Below are positions 1-8,033 of a DNA stretch of 19,983 nucleotides, in pieces. The first letter of the stretch is position 1, and each line of letters starts with the position of its first letter. Source of the stretch: a virus (taxonomy: Duplodnaviria; Heunggongvirae; Uroviricota; Caudoviricetes). The notes under the pieces are model-generated. The model was not told the DNA's origin, searched no databases, and worked only from the letters and a program-made list of their open reading frames with translations. The stretch covers positions 1 through 19,983 of the IMG/VR virus record IMGVR_UViG_2529292923_000021; one strand, 5' to 3'. Made by a program: the position numbers and the translations under genes.

Positions 1-157
1 ACCCGGTGAATTAATATGGAGATTAATGTGGGTGATATCGCCCAGTGCATTCAGATCACTGATAAACTGCTTCGCTGTAACACCCCAGAAACCAATCTCG
101 TCATAAATATAAATATCCGCGTCACTCTGGTGACCAGCCTGCATCCTGAACCAGGAA

Positions 158-1666
158 TTATTCTTCGGACTGGTCGTCGGTGTGCTGTGGCTCCTGTCGT
201 TTCGTTGCGGCACTGCTGCCTCCTTTATCACTGGCCGGATCGGCATCAAATACCAGATCCAGCTTGCGGTTTTCATCAATTTCGGCCTTGCGCCGACGTT
301 TGACATCATCCGGATTACGACCACCTGCACGTACCCAGTCTGATTCTGTCGCCGCTCCACCACGAATCTGGATTTTCCAGGCCTCAGCCTCCTTAACAGG
401 GTCAATCCACGGCATCACTGGTCCGGAATACACCGCGGTATACAGTGAAGAACGGTCAAGATCGCGGGGTAGCCTGATAACACCGGATGCCACAGCCTGT
501 TTCAGCCAGGCACGATACATCGGGCGGGTGACGGCACCAATAAACCAGTCCTGCAGGATCAGGTAGCCATCAGTAGACTCAACCAGTTCCTGACGCTGGG
601 CGCTGTAAGTGCCGTTATAGTTGCGTGCCGTACTGGAAAAACTCAGACGACTGCCCGCCGCCACGGCACGCAACTGACCATTACGAAAAGTTTCAAGGTT
701 AGGATTGGGACGATCCGACTTCACCATTCCGATTTCTTCGCCGGGTTTCAGATCGTCGTAAATAATGCCTGGCTGAATGGTAAGCTCGCGTTCATTCTCC
801 TTGCTGCCATTACCATCCGGTTCATAGCTCTGCCCGTCGCCTTTCCGGATGTACATCCCCAGAGCAGCGGCGATCCTTGCTGCAGTCAGCTCAGAATCTT
901 CATACTCTTTCAGGGCACTGAGGCGGATCAGCACACCGGACAACAAAGACGTCCCGCGCATCTGGTGCAGACGGCGAACAAATTTAAGATGCAGCATTCG
1001 CTCTGCATCCACTTCTTTGGTTTCCATCTGCCGCCCGGATACGGGACGGCATTTATACACCAGATATTTTTCGGGACGCCCCCAGTCATCAACAAACACG
1101 CCCTGATTCAGCCTGTTGCTCTCATCACTGGTCATGGGAATAAAGTCCGGCTCGAGCGCCTCCAGCCAGAAATGAACACCGGCAGAAGGCGTCAGGCTGT
1201 TTATGCGCCCGGAAACCATCTGGGCAAACACCTCACCATCGCGCAGCCAGGTACGCAGCATCAGACGTTCCAGCATCGGACGGGTAAACTGCCCGGTGAC
1301 TTCCGGGCTGACAGACCATTCACTCCATCGGGTGCGTATCTCCGCTGCCAGATCACGGGCAATGGCCCCATTGCGTAATACCGGATGTGGCTCGACAATA
1401 ATCCCGTTTTTCCCCACCACCCGTTCTTCCAGCTTGTCAAATACACCAATAACCAGATCGTGGTTGTTATCAAGGTAACGGGCCTGCTCACGTAACGACA
1501 CGGCCCCGTACTGGCTTAACTGGTCGGCAGTTCGGTTCTCCCGTCGGGCTTTGTGTGTCCGCGTCGTTTTTACGGCCTCATAAGCCTGGATCACCGCACG
1601 GGAACGCAGCCTTGCCGCTTTCCATCCTGGTGAAAAAACGCCAATCACATCATCAAGAATTGCCAT
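158..1666 (-). CDS. Portal protein (lambda gpB-like); ORF is open to 1738 but the preferred start is the ATG at 1666-1664
   Basis: Roughly 500-aa ORF directly downstream of gpW and terminase on the same strand, the lambda order Nu1-A-W-B. The ATG at 1666-1664 overlaps the gpW stop (ATGA overlap), which suggests translational coupling. Call is by synteny and size, not by a recalled motif. Confidence 0.7.
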   Translation of the reverse strand: MAILDDVIGVFSPGWKAARLRSRAVIQAYEAVKTTRTHKARRENRTADQLSQYGAVSLREQARYLDNNHDLVIGVFDKLEERVVGKNGIIVEPHPVLRNGAIARDLAAEIRTRWSEWSVSPEVTGQFTRPMLERLMLRTWLRDGEVFAQMVSGRINSLTPSAGVHFWLEALEPDFIPMTSDESNRLNQGVFVDDWGRPEKYLVYKCRPVSGRQMETKEVDAERMLHLKFVRRLHQMRGTSLLSGVLIRLSALKEYEDSELTAARIAAALGMYIRKGDGQSYEPDGNGSKENERELTIQPGIIYDDLKPGEEIGMVKSDRPNPNLETFRNGQLRAVAAGSRLSFSSTARNYNGTYSAQRQELVESTDGYLILQDWFIGAVTRPMYRAWLKQAVASGVIRLPRDLDRSSLYTAVYSGPVMPWIDPVKEAEAWKIQIRGGAATESDWVRAGGRNPDDVKRRRKAEIDENRKLDLVFDADPASDKGGSSAATKRQEPQHTDDQSEE

Positions 1667-1884
1667 CAGAACCTCGCCAGCCGATACCCGGGATGCCCCC
1701 GTCGTCGTGTAATCAGAGCCGCAAGGCGGCGCTCCCACTCCTGCCGTCCCTGCCGGATCTCAGATAAGTTTTCCATGGTCATCTGCTGACCATTAAAGGT
1801 GACGGATTTTCCGTCCAGCACCGCCATTTCAGCTTCCGTATAACGCTGAATCATGGCTTCGATATCATTCTGGTTCATAACCAT
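1666..1884 (-). CDS. Head-tail joining / head completion protein (lambda gpW-like)
   Basis: 72-aa ORF between terminase large subunit and portal, with a C-terminal RRRGxPG motif resembling lambda W; start overlaps the terminase stop. Confidence 0.6.
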   Translation of the reverse strand: MVMNQNDIEAMIQRYTEAEMAVLDGKSVTFNGQQMTMENLSEIRQGRQEWERRLAALITRRRGHPGYRLARF

Positions 1885-3974
1885 CCTCCGGAAGTCAGCC
1901 AGGGGTTAACATCGTCAGTTACTGTTTTCTTCCGTTTTTGTTTTTTAACAGGCGTGGATACCGGTTCCGGTGAGGATGACGGTTCGGTACTGTCCGGGAC
2001 ACACTCCAGCCAGGTTTCCCGGCTCGCCCACTCCGGTGCATCCGGCCAGCGGATCTTTTCGTATCCATGCAGAATGACCAGAGCCTCGGCATACACCATC
2101 AGGTCAAAAGCTTCGTTGGCACCGCGACCCGGCTTACTCCATTTCCCGTCACGGCTCCGCTCTTCATACGTCAGTTCGTCGTAAAACCAGCTCCCCAGCC
2201 AGTCAGGGAAATGCACATAGCCGGGACCTGGCGAGTCACGCCATAACGCGTTATTTACCCGGTCTTTCAGTGCATCCGTCTGAAGAAGCCAGAGCGGCAC
2301 ATCACCTGCGGCCTGCGCCCGTCGGCCCGTTCGTCCGGTGTTATCAGGGAATGTACGGGTGATCAGTTTTGCGCGCCGGATGCTGTCGCCCTTAAACAGG
2401 TAAATACGTTTACCAAGGCCATCACGACGGCAACGACGCCAGAATTTATAGGCATTATCAGTGACCCCGTCTTCACCGCCGGAGTCCACCGCCATTGCCA
2501 TCAGTCGCATTTGTTGAGAAGGATCGGAGGCCAGCGGCCAGCTTTTATGAAAAACATCTGTCAGCAGGACATCCCAGTCTTCCGGATAGCTGGCCGGATC
2601 AATTCGCTGGCTCTCCCCGTCGCTGTCACCGCGCAATGACTGCGTGATGTTGTAACGATCAATAATCCAGCGTTCGCCACGGCTGCCATAGCCCGTTACC
2701 TGAACCACAAAACGGCGATGACGTCCCGCCTGCACATCCACTGTCGCCACAAGAAAATTAACGCCATCCGGCACACTGCGGGAATGAACTGGCTCTGCCC
2801 GCTGCTCAAGCAGTTCACTTTTTCGTTGCTCCATGCTGGCGCGGGGAAGATAAGGTAATCCCCAGTCGGTGTTGATAACCGCCCTGAGTGTTTCTTCACT
2901 TCCTGTCGCTTCATACTCCTGTTCTGCAGTCAGTAATTTGTAAACCAGTTGCGCCCAGGTCTGATACGCAGCAGCTGGCCCTTCCATCCAGAAACTGGCG
3001 ATACGGGAGCGGCGCGGTTCACCGGAAACGTTGCCGTTACAATCAATGACCTGACCTTCACGCAACCAGACTCCTGCACTATTGAGCTCACGCTTTTTCT
3101 CCGCAGTGATAATGCCGCTGCAGTGCGGGCAAAGTAGATACGCCGCCTCACTGGCTTTAAAGGGATCCGGTTCATTACGGTAGCCGGTCATGGCATCCAT
3201 GGCTGGCTGAAAATATTCACCGCAGTGCGGACATGGCCAGTACCAGCGGCGGCGGTCACCACGATTGTAAAGGGAAAGAATACCAGTCGTCGGTGGCGCT
3301 TCATGAGGCGACTTACGTCGCCATTTGCTGTCGCAGATGTCACGTCCCGGCGAGCTCTCCACCAGAGTCATCCCGGAGGACATAAATGTGGTGGTACGTT
3401 TTGAGGCCAGGGAGAAACCATCACCCTCGCTGTCGATATTCTCCGGAAAACGGTCGTAATCGGTTAAGGCGACAAACCGGTAATCCGACGACGACATAAT
3501 GTTGACCGAGGGCCAACCAATTTTAAGGAACGAGCCATCCCTGAACGTCTTATCATGGACATTATTGTCATTACGACGTGGACTCATTCTTTTCTTTACC
3601 GCCGCACTGCTTCTGAACGTTCTGTCGAGGCGCTTTTTTGAATGCTCGCGGGCCTTATCTTCGGTCATCTGCACAACGAGCATGTCCGAAGGATCGCAAA
3701 CGATGGTATAGACAATCCATCCATCGATCAGACCAATGGTCTTCCCTGTTCGCGCAGGACCAACAAAAATCACCGCATCGTATTCACGCGATGCCAGGCA
3801 GTTCATGGGCTCAATGATGTAGGGTGTCAGTTCAGGATCCCATGGCACCGAGTTACCAGCCCCCTTGGGAACACGCATGAATTTTTTAACAGCCTCCGAA
3901 ATCGGCATGCGACGTGGTGGAGAAAATCCTGCCGATATGTCCCTTCCCAAATTTCGGGCTGATGAAAAACCCAT
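1875..3974 (-). CDS. Terminase large subunit (lambda gpA family)
   Basis: 699-aa ORF with a P-loop-like GPARTGKT motif and a CPHCGE zinc-ribbon-like motif as in lambda gpA; follows the small terminase subunit. Confidence 0.85.
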   Translation of the reverse strand: MGFSSARNLGRDISAGFSPPRRMPISEAVKKFMRVPKGAGNSVPWDPELTPYIIEPMNCLASREYDAVIFVGPARTGKTIGLIDGWIVYTIVCDPSDMLVVQMTEDKAREHSKKRLDRTFRSSAAVKKRMSPRRNDNNVHDKTFRDGSFLKIGWPSVNIMSSSDYRFVALTDYDRFPENIDSEGDGFSLASKRTTTFMSSGMTLVESSPGRDICDSKWRRKSPHEAPPTTGILSLYNRGDRRRWYWPCPHCGEYFQPAMDAMTGYRNEPDPFKASEAAYLLCPHCSGIITAEKKRELNSAGVWLREGQVIDCNGNVSGEPRRSRIASFWMEGPAAAYQTWAQLVYKLLTAEQEYEATGSEETLRAVINTDWGLPYLPRASMEQRKSELLEQRAEPVHSRSVPDGVNFLVATVDVQAGRHRRFVVQVTGYGSRGERWIIDRYNITQSLRGDSDGESQRIDPASYPEDWDVLLTDVFHKSWPLASDPSQQMRLMAMAVDSGGEDGVTDNAYKFWRRCRRDGLGKRIYLFKGDSIRRAKLITRTFPDNTGRTGRRAQAAGDVPLWLLQTDALKDRVNNALWRDSPGPGYVHFPDWLGSWFYDELTYEERSRDGKWSKPGRGANEAFDLMVYAEALVILHGYEKIRWPDAPEWASRETWLECVPDSTEPSSSPEPVSTPVKKQKRKKTVTDDVNPWLTSGGWL

Positions 3975-3982
3975 TATTCCTC

Positions 3983-4510
3983 CTAGAGACTCTCTCCTTC
4001 CTCATCAGGAATTAATTCAGCAGCACAAGCCTCGTAGGATTTTTCCTGAAGAGTGTATCGCAGGTCATCAATGGCCTGCTGTACAACGCCAACGGCCTGA
4101 GGAGTCAGGGCGCAATCGCGTTCAAGAACATCCGGAATTGTCTCCAGAACCTGGACGACAGCCTTTCTCATGGACGAATAGACGATGACTACTTCATCAA
4201 CGGGGATGAGTTTTCGCTGCTCCTTTTCCAGCTTGATCCTTTCATTTTCAGACTGGTACCAGTCCTTTCTCTCTTTCGGCTCCATACGGGATGGATCATG
4301 AACAGAGTCTGCTGCCTCATGCTTCACACTAAACAGGGCTGGCCCGACATGCTGCAGGGCGTAAACGGGGTTCCCCCTGACAGTCGCAGCCACAGGAGTG
4401 TTGGCCGCGAGAAGCCGTTTTTTTACTGTGTCCCGGTGAAGCCCAAAGGCCTCAGCGATTTTAAAAACACTCCAGTAATAAGCATCACCGATCCCGCTCA
4501 CATTTGACAT
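3983..4510 (-). CDS. Terminase small subunit (Nu1-like); ORF open to 4540, preferred start at the third ATG (MSNVSG...)
   Basis: About 175 aa, immediately upstream of the large subunit. A GGAG lies 6 nt upstream of the ATG at 4510-4508; the first ATG at 4540 has no Shine-Dalgarno sequence. Confidence 0.65.
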   Translation of the reverse strand: MSNVSGIGDAYYWSVFKIAEAFGLHRDTVKKRLLAANTPVAATVRGNPVYALQHVGPALFSVKHEAADSVHDPSRMEPKERKDWYQSENERIKLEKEQRKLIPVDEVVIVYSSMRKAVVQVLETIPDVLERDCALTPQAVGVVQQAIDDLRYTLQEKSYEACAAELIPDEEGESL

Positions 4511-4540
4511 AAGCAACTCCATCTGGCAGGTGAAAATCAT

Positions 4541-4760
4541 GTTTATTTATATATTTCAATTAATTGTAAACTGGTCTAATGACAGGGAGAAAAAAATATT
4601 GTACAGGTAAAAAGAGAAATAACTTTTAATTATCAATAAATTACCAAACATGCTGCCGCCGCCATGGAAATGCAAAAACTAGCCTTTTTCCGCGACGCTC
4701 CCGCCCCGTGGCAGGCCACCCCACCGGAAGGACCCGCCAAAATGAGAGTGATTATCACCA
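4541..4760. other. Candidate cos / packaging-site region
   Basis: Non-coding stretch between the lysis cassette and the small terminase gene, where lambdoid cos sits. It is AT-rich with A-tracts (IHF-like context) and has a GC-rich core CATGCTGCCGCCGCCATGG that loosely resembles the lambda cohesive end GGGCGGCGACCT. Confidence 0.25.
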
Positions 4761-4973
4761 TTGCTGATGAATAAATTGATGAAAATCATTGAAACGCCTT
4801 TCAGCAAGATAACGGCGACGGTCGTTGTTGAACTCCGTAGCTCTGCTACTAAGGTTAAAAGCATGGCCATCTTTTGCCACCGGCAAATCTTCAATGGATT
4901 TCCCCTGCCGGTTTTTTATTCCTCACATTATCGCAGCCCCTCAGTGAAGGGCTGCTGTAATGCCTGCTCTTAC

Positions 4974-5336
4974 TCAGTAACGACCGCGCCTTCCGGTAAT
5001 TTCATACCGGCAAATACCGGACAGCCCGGGGATCGTTATCTGCAGCTGGTTAGCCAGGGAGTTAATCTCAGCGACCAACACTGGCTTCGTATAGCGCCAT
5101 GCCGCCAGCCCTTGTCCACAGAAGCTCGCCATATCTTTTTTCTGATCAAACTCATGACACTTCATATTGAGCTGCGCACTTAAGCTGTTGCGATGCTGAA
5201 GTTCTCCGGTGAAGTAGTCATCCAGGACTTTATAGGCTGCATATTTAAATCCGGGGTTTAGCCATGCTGCATAATCATAAGCAACAAACTTCCCGCCATA
5301 TGTTCCACCGTGTACACCGCGCTCAGTAAAAACCAC
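4974..5336 (-). CDS. Hypothetical protein with a KilA-N-like C-terminal motif, apparently lacking the N-terminal half of that domain
   Basis: 120-aa ORF starting 21 nt after the Rz stop. Residues GGTYGGKFVAYDYAAWLNPGFKYAAY resemble the conserved GGTWVHPxLAxxFAxWLSPxF block of KilA-N domains (recalled from memory). Confidence 0.4.
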   Translation of the reverse strand: MVFTERGVHGGTYGGKFVAYDYAAWLNPGFKYAAYKVLDDYFTGELQHRNSLSAQLNMKCHEFDQKKDMASFCGQGLAAWRYTKPVLVAEINSLANQLQITIPGLSGICRYEITGRRGRY

Positions 5337-5357
5337 AGATTCGTGTTTTTTCTCCAG

Positions 5358-5825
5358 CTACTTAATGCGCTGGGTGCGGATATATTCCTGCGCCCCTTCC
5401 AGTTGCTTCTGCATCGTCATCAACCGTTCTCTGAGGGTGAAATAATCCCGTTCAGCGGTGTCTGCCAGTCGGGGGCTGGTTGCATTATCCATGCTGGTGG
5501 GTCCGGTGGCTTCACGCACGGCTGCGGAGCAACTGGCATTGACCCGCAGGCGCTTACGACCAGCGGCAACATCAGCGCGCAGAGTTTCATTTTCAGTTTT
5601 CGCATCGGCTAACTCCTTCGTGTATTTTGCATCGATCGCAGCAACATCACGCTGACGCTGCTGCATGTCAGCGATGGTGGCGGTCGCCTGCTTCAGCTCA
5701 CTGACTTTTTTATCACGCTGTTCTTTGTAGGCGATGGCGTTATCACGGTAATGATTAACAGCCCATGACAGGCAGGCGATAATGCAGATAACCAGAGCGG
5801 AGATAATAACGGTTACCCTGCTCAT
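5358..5825 (-). CDS. Rz: Rz i-spanin (inner-membrane spanin)
   Basis: Translation [34 protein letters not shown]... is near-identical in pattern to lambda Rz. Start ATG overlaps the endolysin stop (ATGA). ORF track extends 4 codons further upstream to 5837. Confidence 0.9.
   Translation of the reverse strand: MSRVTVIISALVICIIACLSWAVNHYRDNAIAYKEQRDKKVSELKQATATIADMQQRQRDVAAIDAKYTKELADAKTENETLRADVAAGRKRLRVNASCSAAVREATGPTSMDNATSPRLADTAERDYFTLRERLMTMQKQLEGAQEYIRTQRIK
5420..5605 (-). CDS. Rz1: Rz1 o-spanin lipoprotein, embedded in Rz in another frame
   Basis: 61-aa proline-rich ORF ([30 protein letters not shown]) with a lipobox-like LVVSAC, matching lambda Rz1; fully nested within Rz in a different reading frame. 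Confidence 0.85.
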   Translation of the reverse strand: MRKLKMKLCALMLPLVVSACGSMPVAPQPCVKPPDPPAWIMQPAPDWQTPLNGIISPSENG

Positions 5826-6319
5826 TGTTGCCCCCACAAACAGACTTCACGCTCAATCTCGCGGCGAGTCATCAGCCCTTTCCATTGCTTACCGCCAGCG
5901 TATGTCCAGCGCCGTAGCTGATCACATGCGCCTTTGATATCGCCCTGGTTTATTTTGCGAAGAAGCGTCGATGTTCTGAAATTGCCAGCGCCCACGTTGT
6001 AAACGAACGAGTAAAGAGCGCCGCGCGTTGTTTCCGGTATATCGACGTTGATGTACGGGTTAATTTGTCTGGCGACCGTGGCAAGGTCTTTATTCAGGAG
6101 GGCTTTGCATTCTGCTTCGGTATACGTTTTACCGAGCATAATGTCTTTTCCGGTGTGCCCGTAACATACAGTCCATACACCAACGATATCTTTATATGGT
6201 ATGTAGCTGACGCCTTCCAGACCATCGTTACCACTTGGGCCAGTGATTAACACAGATGCTATAGCAATAGCCCCGCCACCAATAGCCGCAGCAACGGCTT
6301 TTCGTAATGATGGAGGCAT
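5822..6319 (-). CDS. R: SAR endolysin (phage 21 R21-like lysozyme)
   Basis: 165 aa with a Gly/Ala-rich N-terminal signal-anchor-release segment ([18 protein letters not shown]) followed by a lysozyme domain; directly after the pinholin with an overlapping start and stop. Confidence 0.9.
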   Translation of the reverse strand: MPPSLRKAVAAAIGGGAIAIASVLITGPSGNDGLEGVSYIPYKDIVGVWTVCYGHTGKDIMLGKTYTEAECKALLNKDLATVARQINPYINVDIPETTRGALYSFVYNVGAGNFRTSTLLRKINQGDIKGACDQLRRWTYAGGKQWKGLMTRREIEREVCLWGQQ

Positions 6320-6534
6320 TATTCACCTCTCGCAGCCTTACGCTTGTCTTCTCTGATTTTGAAGTACAGATTTGTCAGGTAAGTCAGAAAGCCCAGAACC
6401 AGACTTCCCAGCACACCAATCGCAGCCCACTGTGACGGACTGACCTGATCAAGCCACTGTAAAAACCAGTAGCCAGCACTACCAGCGGATGTTCCGTAGG
6501 CAATGCCAGTAGAGATTTTGTCCATTGATTTCAT
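6319..6534 (-). CDS. S: Pinholin / antiholin (phage 21 S21-like), dual-start motif Met1-Lys-Ser-Met4
   Basis: 71-aa [34 protein letters not shown]... with two transmembrane segments and a charged C-terminus; matches the S21 71/68 dual-start arrangement, first gene of the lysis cassette. Confidence 0.9.
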   Translation of the reverse strand: MKSMDKISTGIAYGTSAGSAGYWFLQWLDQVSPSQWAAIGVLGSLVLGFLTYLTNLYFKIREDKRKAARGE

Positions 6535-6858
6535 AGCAACGCCTCCGCCAGTAACGGATTGCGTAGTTCTTATATTGGGAAGGGGAAAAAAGAAGGCCGC
6601 AGCGTAACTATCACTAATAAATTCAGGACAGCCAGTGGCTACGGCTCAGTTTGGGTTGTGGCGGCCGGAATCGAACCGGCTTCCATCGGTGCGCTGCCGA
6701 TTGCAGTACGCGCGGCGGTCAGCTATATGACTAGTATTTTCACTATCGCCTATCTGCTAGCTCGCCATTGAGCTTCACCACAACGATAAGAGCACTGCGC
6801 GGCACCTTTCACCAATTCCGCGAGGTCTGCGGGTTCAATGCTCTTACCTGTTGTGCAG

Positions 6859-6895
6859 AAAAAAAACCACACGGCAGCGAGTTTAAGCTGTGTGG
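6859..6895 (-). terminator. Intrinsic terminator on the minus strand (hairpin followed by T8)
   Basis: On the minus strand, GCCACACAGC...GCTGCCGTGTGG forms a stem with a perfect 6-bp CCACAC/GTGTGG core, followed immediately by eight T residues (plus-strand A-run 6859-6866). Confidence 0.45.
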
Positions 6896-6998
6896 CGAAG
6901 TTACCTCTCTTCACCAAGTATTCGGTAATAAAATAACTTGTGGTGTTCTCGTTTTTATGCCGATAAAATAAACGGTCCACTTTCAAATGGAGCGATTC

Positions 6999-7919
6999 AT
7001 GATTTTTCTCAGAACTGAAAACGGCATCGAGAAACTTGAAAACTGGGAGGAAATTATATCCAGACCAAACTTTGTCACCACTATAGACAAAGGAGTTCAA
7101 CAACTTGAGGAGATAATTGGTTACTACAAATTTAAAGAAGAAATCCACTGTGGTCTAACTGGTTGCAACCAACCACATCAAATGGGTTATATTGTAAAAA
7201 CATCTAGTGGCATTGAAACCAACATCGGAAATAAATGTGGTAAAAACGAATTTGGTGTGGAATTTGGTGAAAACGTTCTTAGTTTCAATAAATTTATGCA
7301 ACTCGAAACCAATCGGGAAATTATTAGCACCGCAAAAAGTAAATGTGAAGCGTGGCAAAAAAATATTGAAACGATACGAAATATCAAACCCACAATAGAT
7401 TATCTATCTTCTACCATCGAAAATAGTAAAAATTCCAATTACTCCGGAAGACTTGGTGCTACAGAAATTCGTTTTTTGACCAAGAACCAGACAGGCCTTG
7501 TAACCCTTTCTGAAGTGGAAACTGATAAGAATACCAAAACAATTCTGTTCGCAATGAATGAACACATGCGCGAGTCTGGAGAGGCAATAAGTGAATTCTA
7601 CATAGGAAAAGTATCATTTAGTCATGTTCTTTTACCAGAAAACAATCTTCGTGATTTTTTTGTTGCGCTCAAAGAAGATCTAAAAAAAATTCAGTGTATT
7701 GATCTACAAACAGCCCCAAGCCCAGAAATTTCTAATGTTGCCAAAATTGCCAGTTCAATCGAAGAACGAATCAAGCGATTAAAAAAACTGAAACATGAAG
7801 CCAGTAAATTCCTAACTAAAAAAAATCTGCGTCCCATCGCAAACAAAATAAAATACTCATCGACAGCGGATGAACTTGAATTCCATAATTTCGAACGCTT
7901 TTTAAAAGGGCTGAAATGA
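6999..7919 (+). CDS. Hypothetical protein, AT-rich accessory gene antisense to the late operon; function unknown
   Basis: 306-aa ORF (310 aa from the upstream ATG at 6987) with GGAG 6 nt upstream of the ATG at 6999. Base composition is visibly AT-rich compared with flanking late genes. Sits between Q and the holin on the opposite strand and ends at a hairpin terminator. Contains a small Cys/His cluster (HCGLTGCNQPH...CGK); no recognisable catalytic motif. Confidence 0.7.
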   Translation: MIFLRTENGIEKLENWEEIISRPNFVTTIDKGVQQLEEIIGYYKFKEEIHCGLTGCNQPHQMGYIVKTSSGIETNIGNKCGKNEFGVEFGENVLSFNKFMQLETNREIISTAKSKCEAWQKNIETIRNIKPTIDYLSSTIENSKNSNYSGRLGATEIRFLTKNQTGLVTLSEVETDKNTKTILFAMNEHMRESGEAISEFYIGKVSFSHVLLPENNLRDFFVALKEDLKKIQCIDLQTAPSPEISNVAKIASSIEERIKRLKKLKHEASKFLTKKNLRPIANKIKYSSTADELEFHNFERFLKGLK

Positions 7920-7939
7920 TAAAAGCCCCGAAAGGGGCT
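7917..7939 (-). terminator. tR'-like intrinsic terminator downstream of the late promoter; also closes the plus-strand gene
   Basis: AGCCCC-GAAA-GGGGCT hairpin at 7924-7939. On the minus strand it is followed by TTTTATCA, a good U-tract; on the plus strand the trailing T-tract is weaker. Confidence 0.55.
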
Positions 7940-7978
7940 TCTATCAAAATCATTTACGCATTATTCCGCATGCTTAAA

Positions 7979-8008
7979 AGAATACATGACAGATTCGGAC
8001 AAAATCAA
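7979..8008 (-). promoter_or_regulatory. Candidate late promoter pR' (minus strand) just downstream of Q
   Basis: On the minus strand, TTGATT (-35, 8008-8003) and TGtATTCT (extended -10, ending 7979) are separated by 18 nt. Position relative to Q and the downstream hairpin fits the lambdoid pR'-tR' layout. Hexamers picked by eye. Confidence 0.3.
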
Positions 8009-8033
8009 GTGCAATGTCGCAAAAACCCTAAGC

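Noticed and set aside
16-1478. Plus-strand ORFs 16-303, 180-566, 849-1106, 965-1378 and 1203-1478
   Set aside because: All lie antisense within the minus-strand portal gene, have Arg/Ser/Pro-rich low-complexity translations and no convincing ribosome-binding sites.
1954-4188. Plus-strand ORFs inside the terminase region (1954-2184, 2949-3137, 3499-3711, 3642-3962, 3865-4188) and minus-strand ORFs in other frames (2696-2914, 2930-3175)
   Set aside because: They overlap the well-supported terminase large and small subunit genes; treated as frame artefacts.
4679-5183. ORFs 4679-4894 (minus) and 4761-5183 (plus) in the region between lysis genes and terminase
   Set aside because: Translations do not look protein-like (Cys-rich, low complexity); the region is better explained as non-coding cos/packaging sequence plus the 3' end of the 4974-5336 gene.
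6655-6700. Possible tRNA gene on the minus strand (GGTTCGATTCC T-loop motif)
   Set aside because: Only a T-arm-like element is present; I could not build an acceptor stem, D-arm or anticodon arm, and no CCA is encoded, so it is treated as a tRNA-like fragment (see finding) rather than an intact tRNA.
6750-7148. Minus-strand 132-aa ORF overlapping the start of the AT-rich accessory gene
   Set aside because: Phe-rich low-complexity translation antisense to a better-supported gene with a Shine-Dalgarno sequence; likely an artefact of AT-rich sequence.
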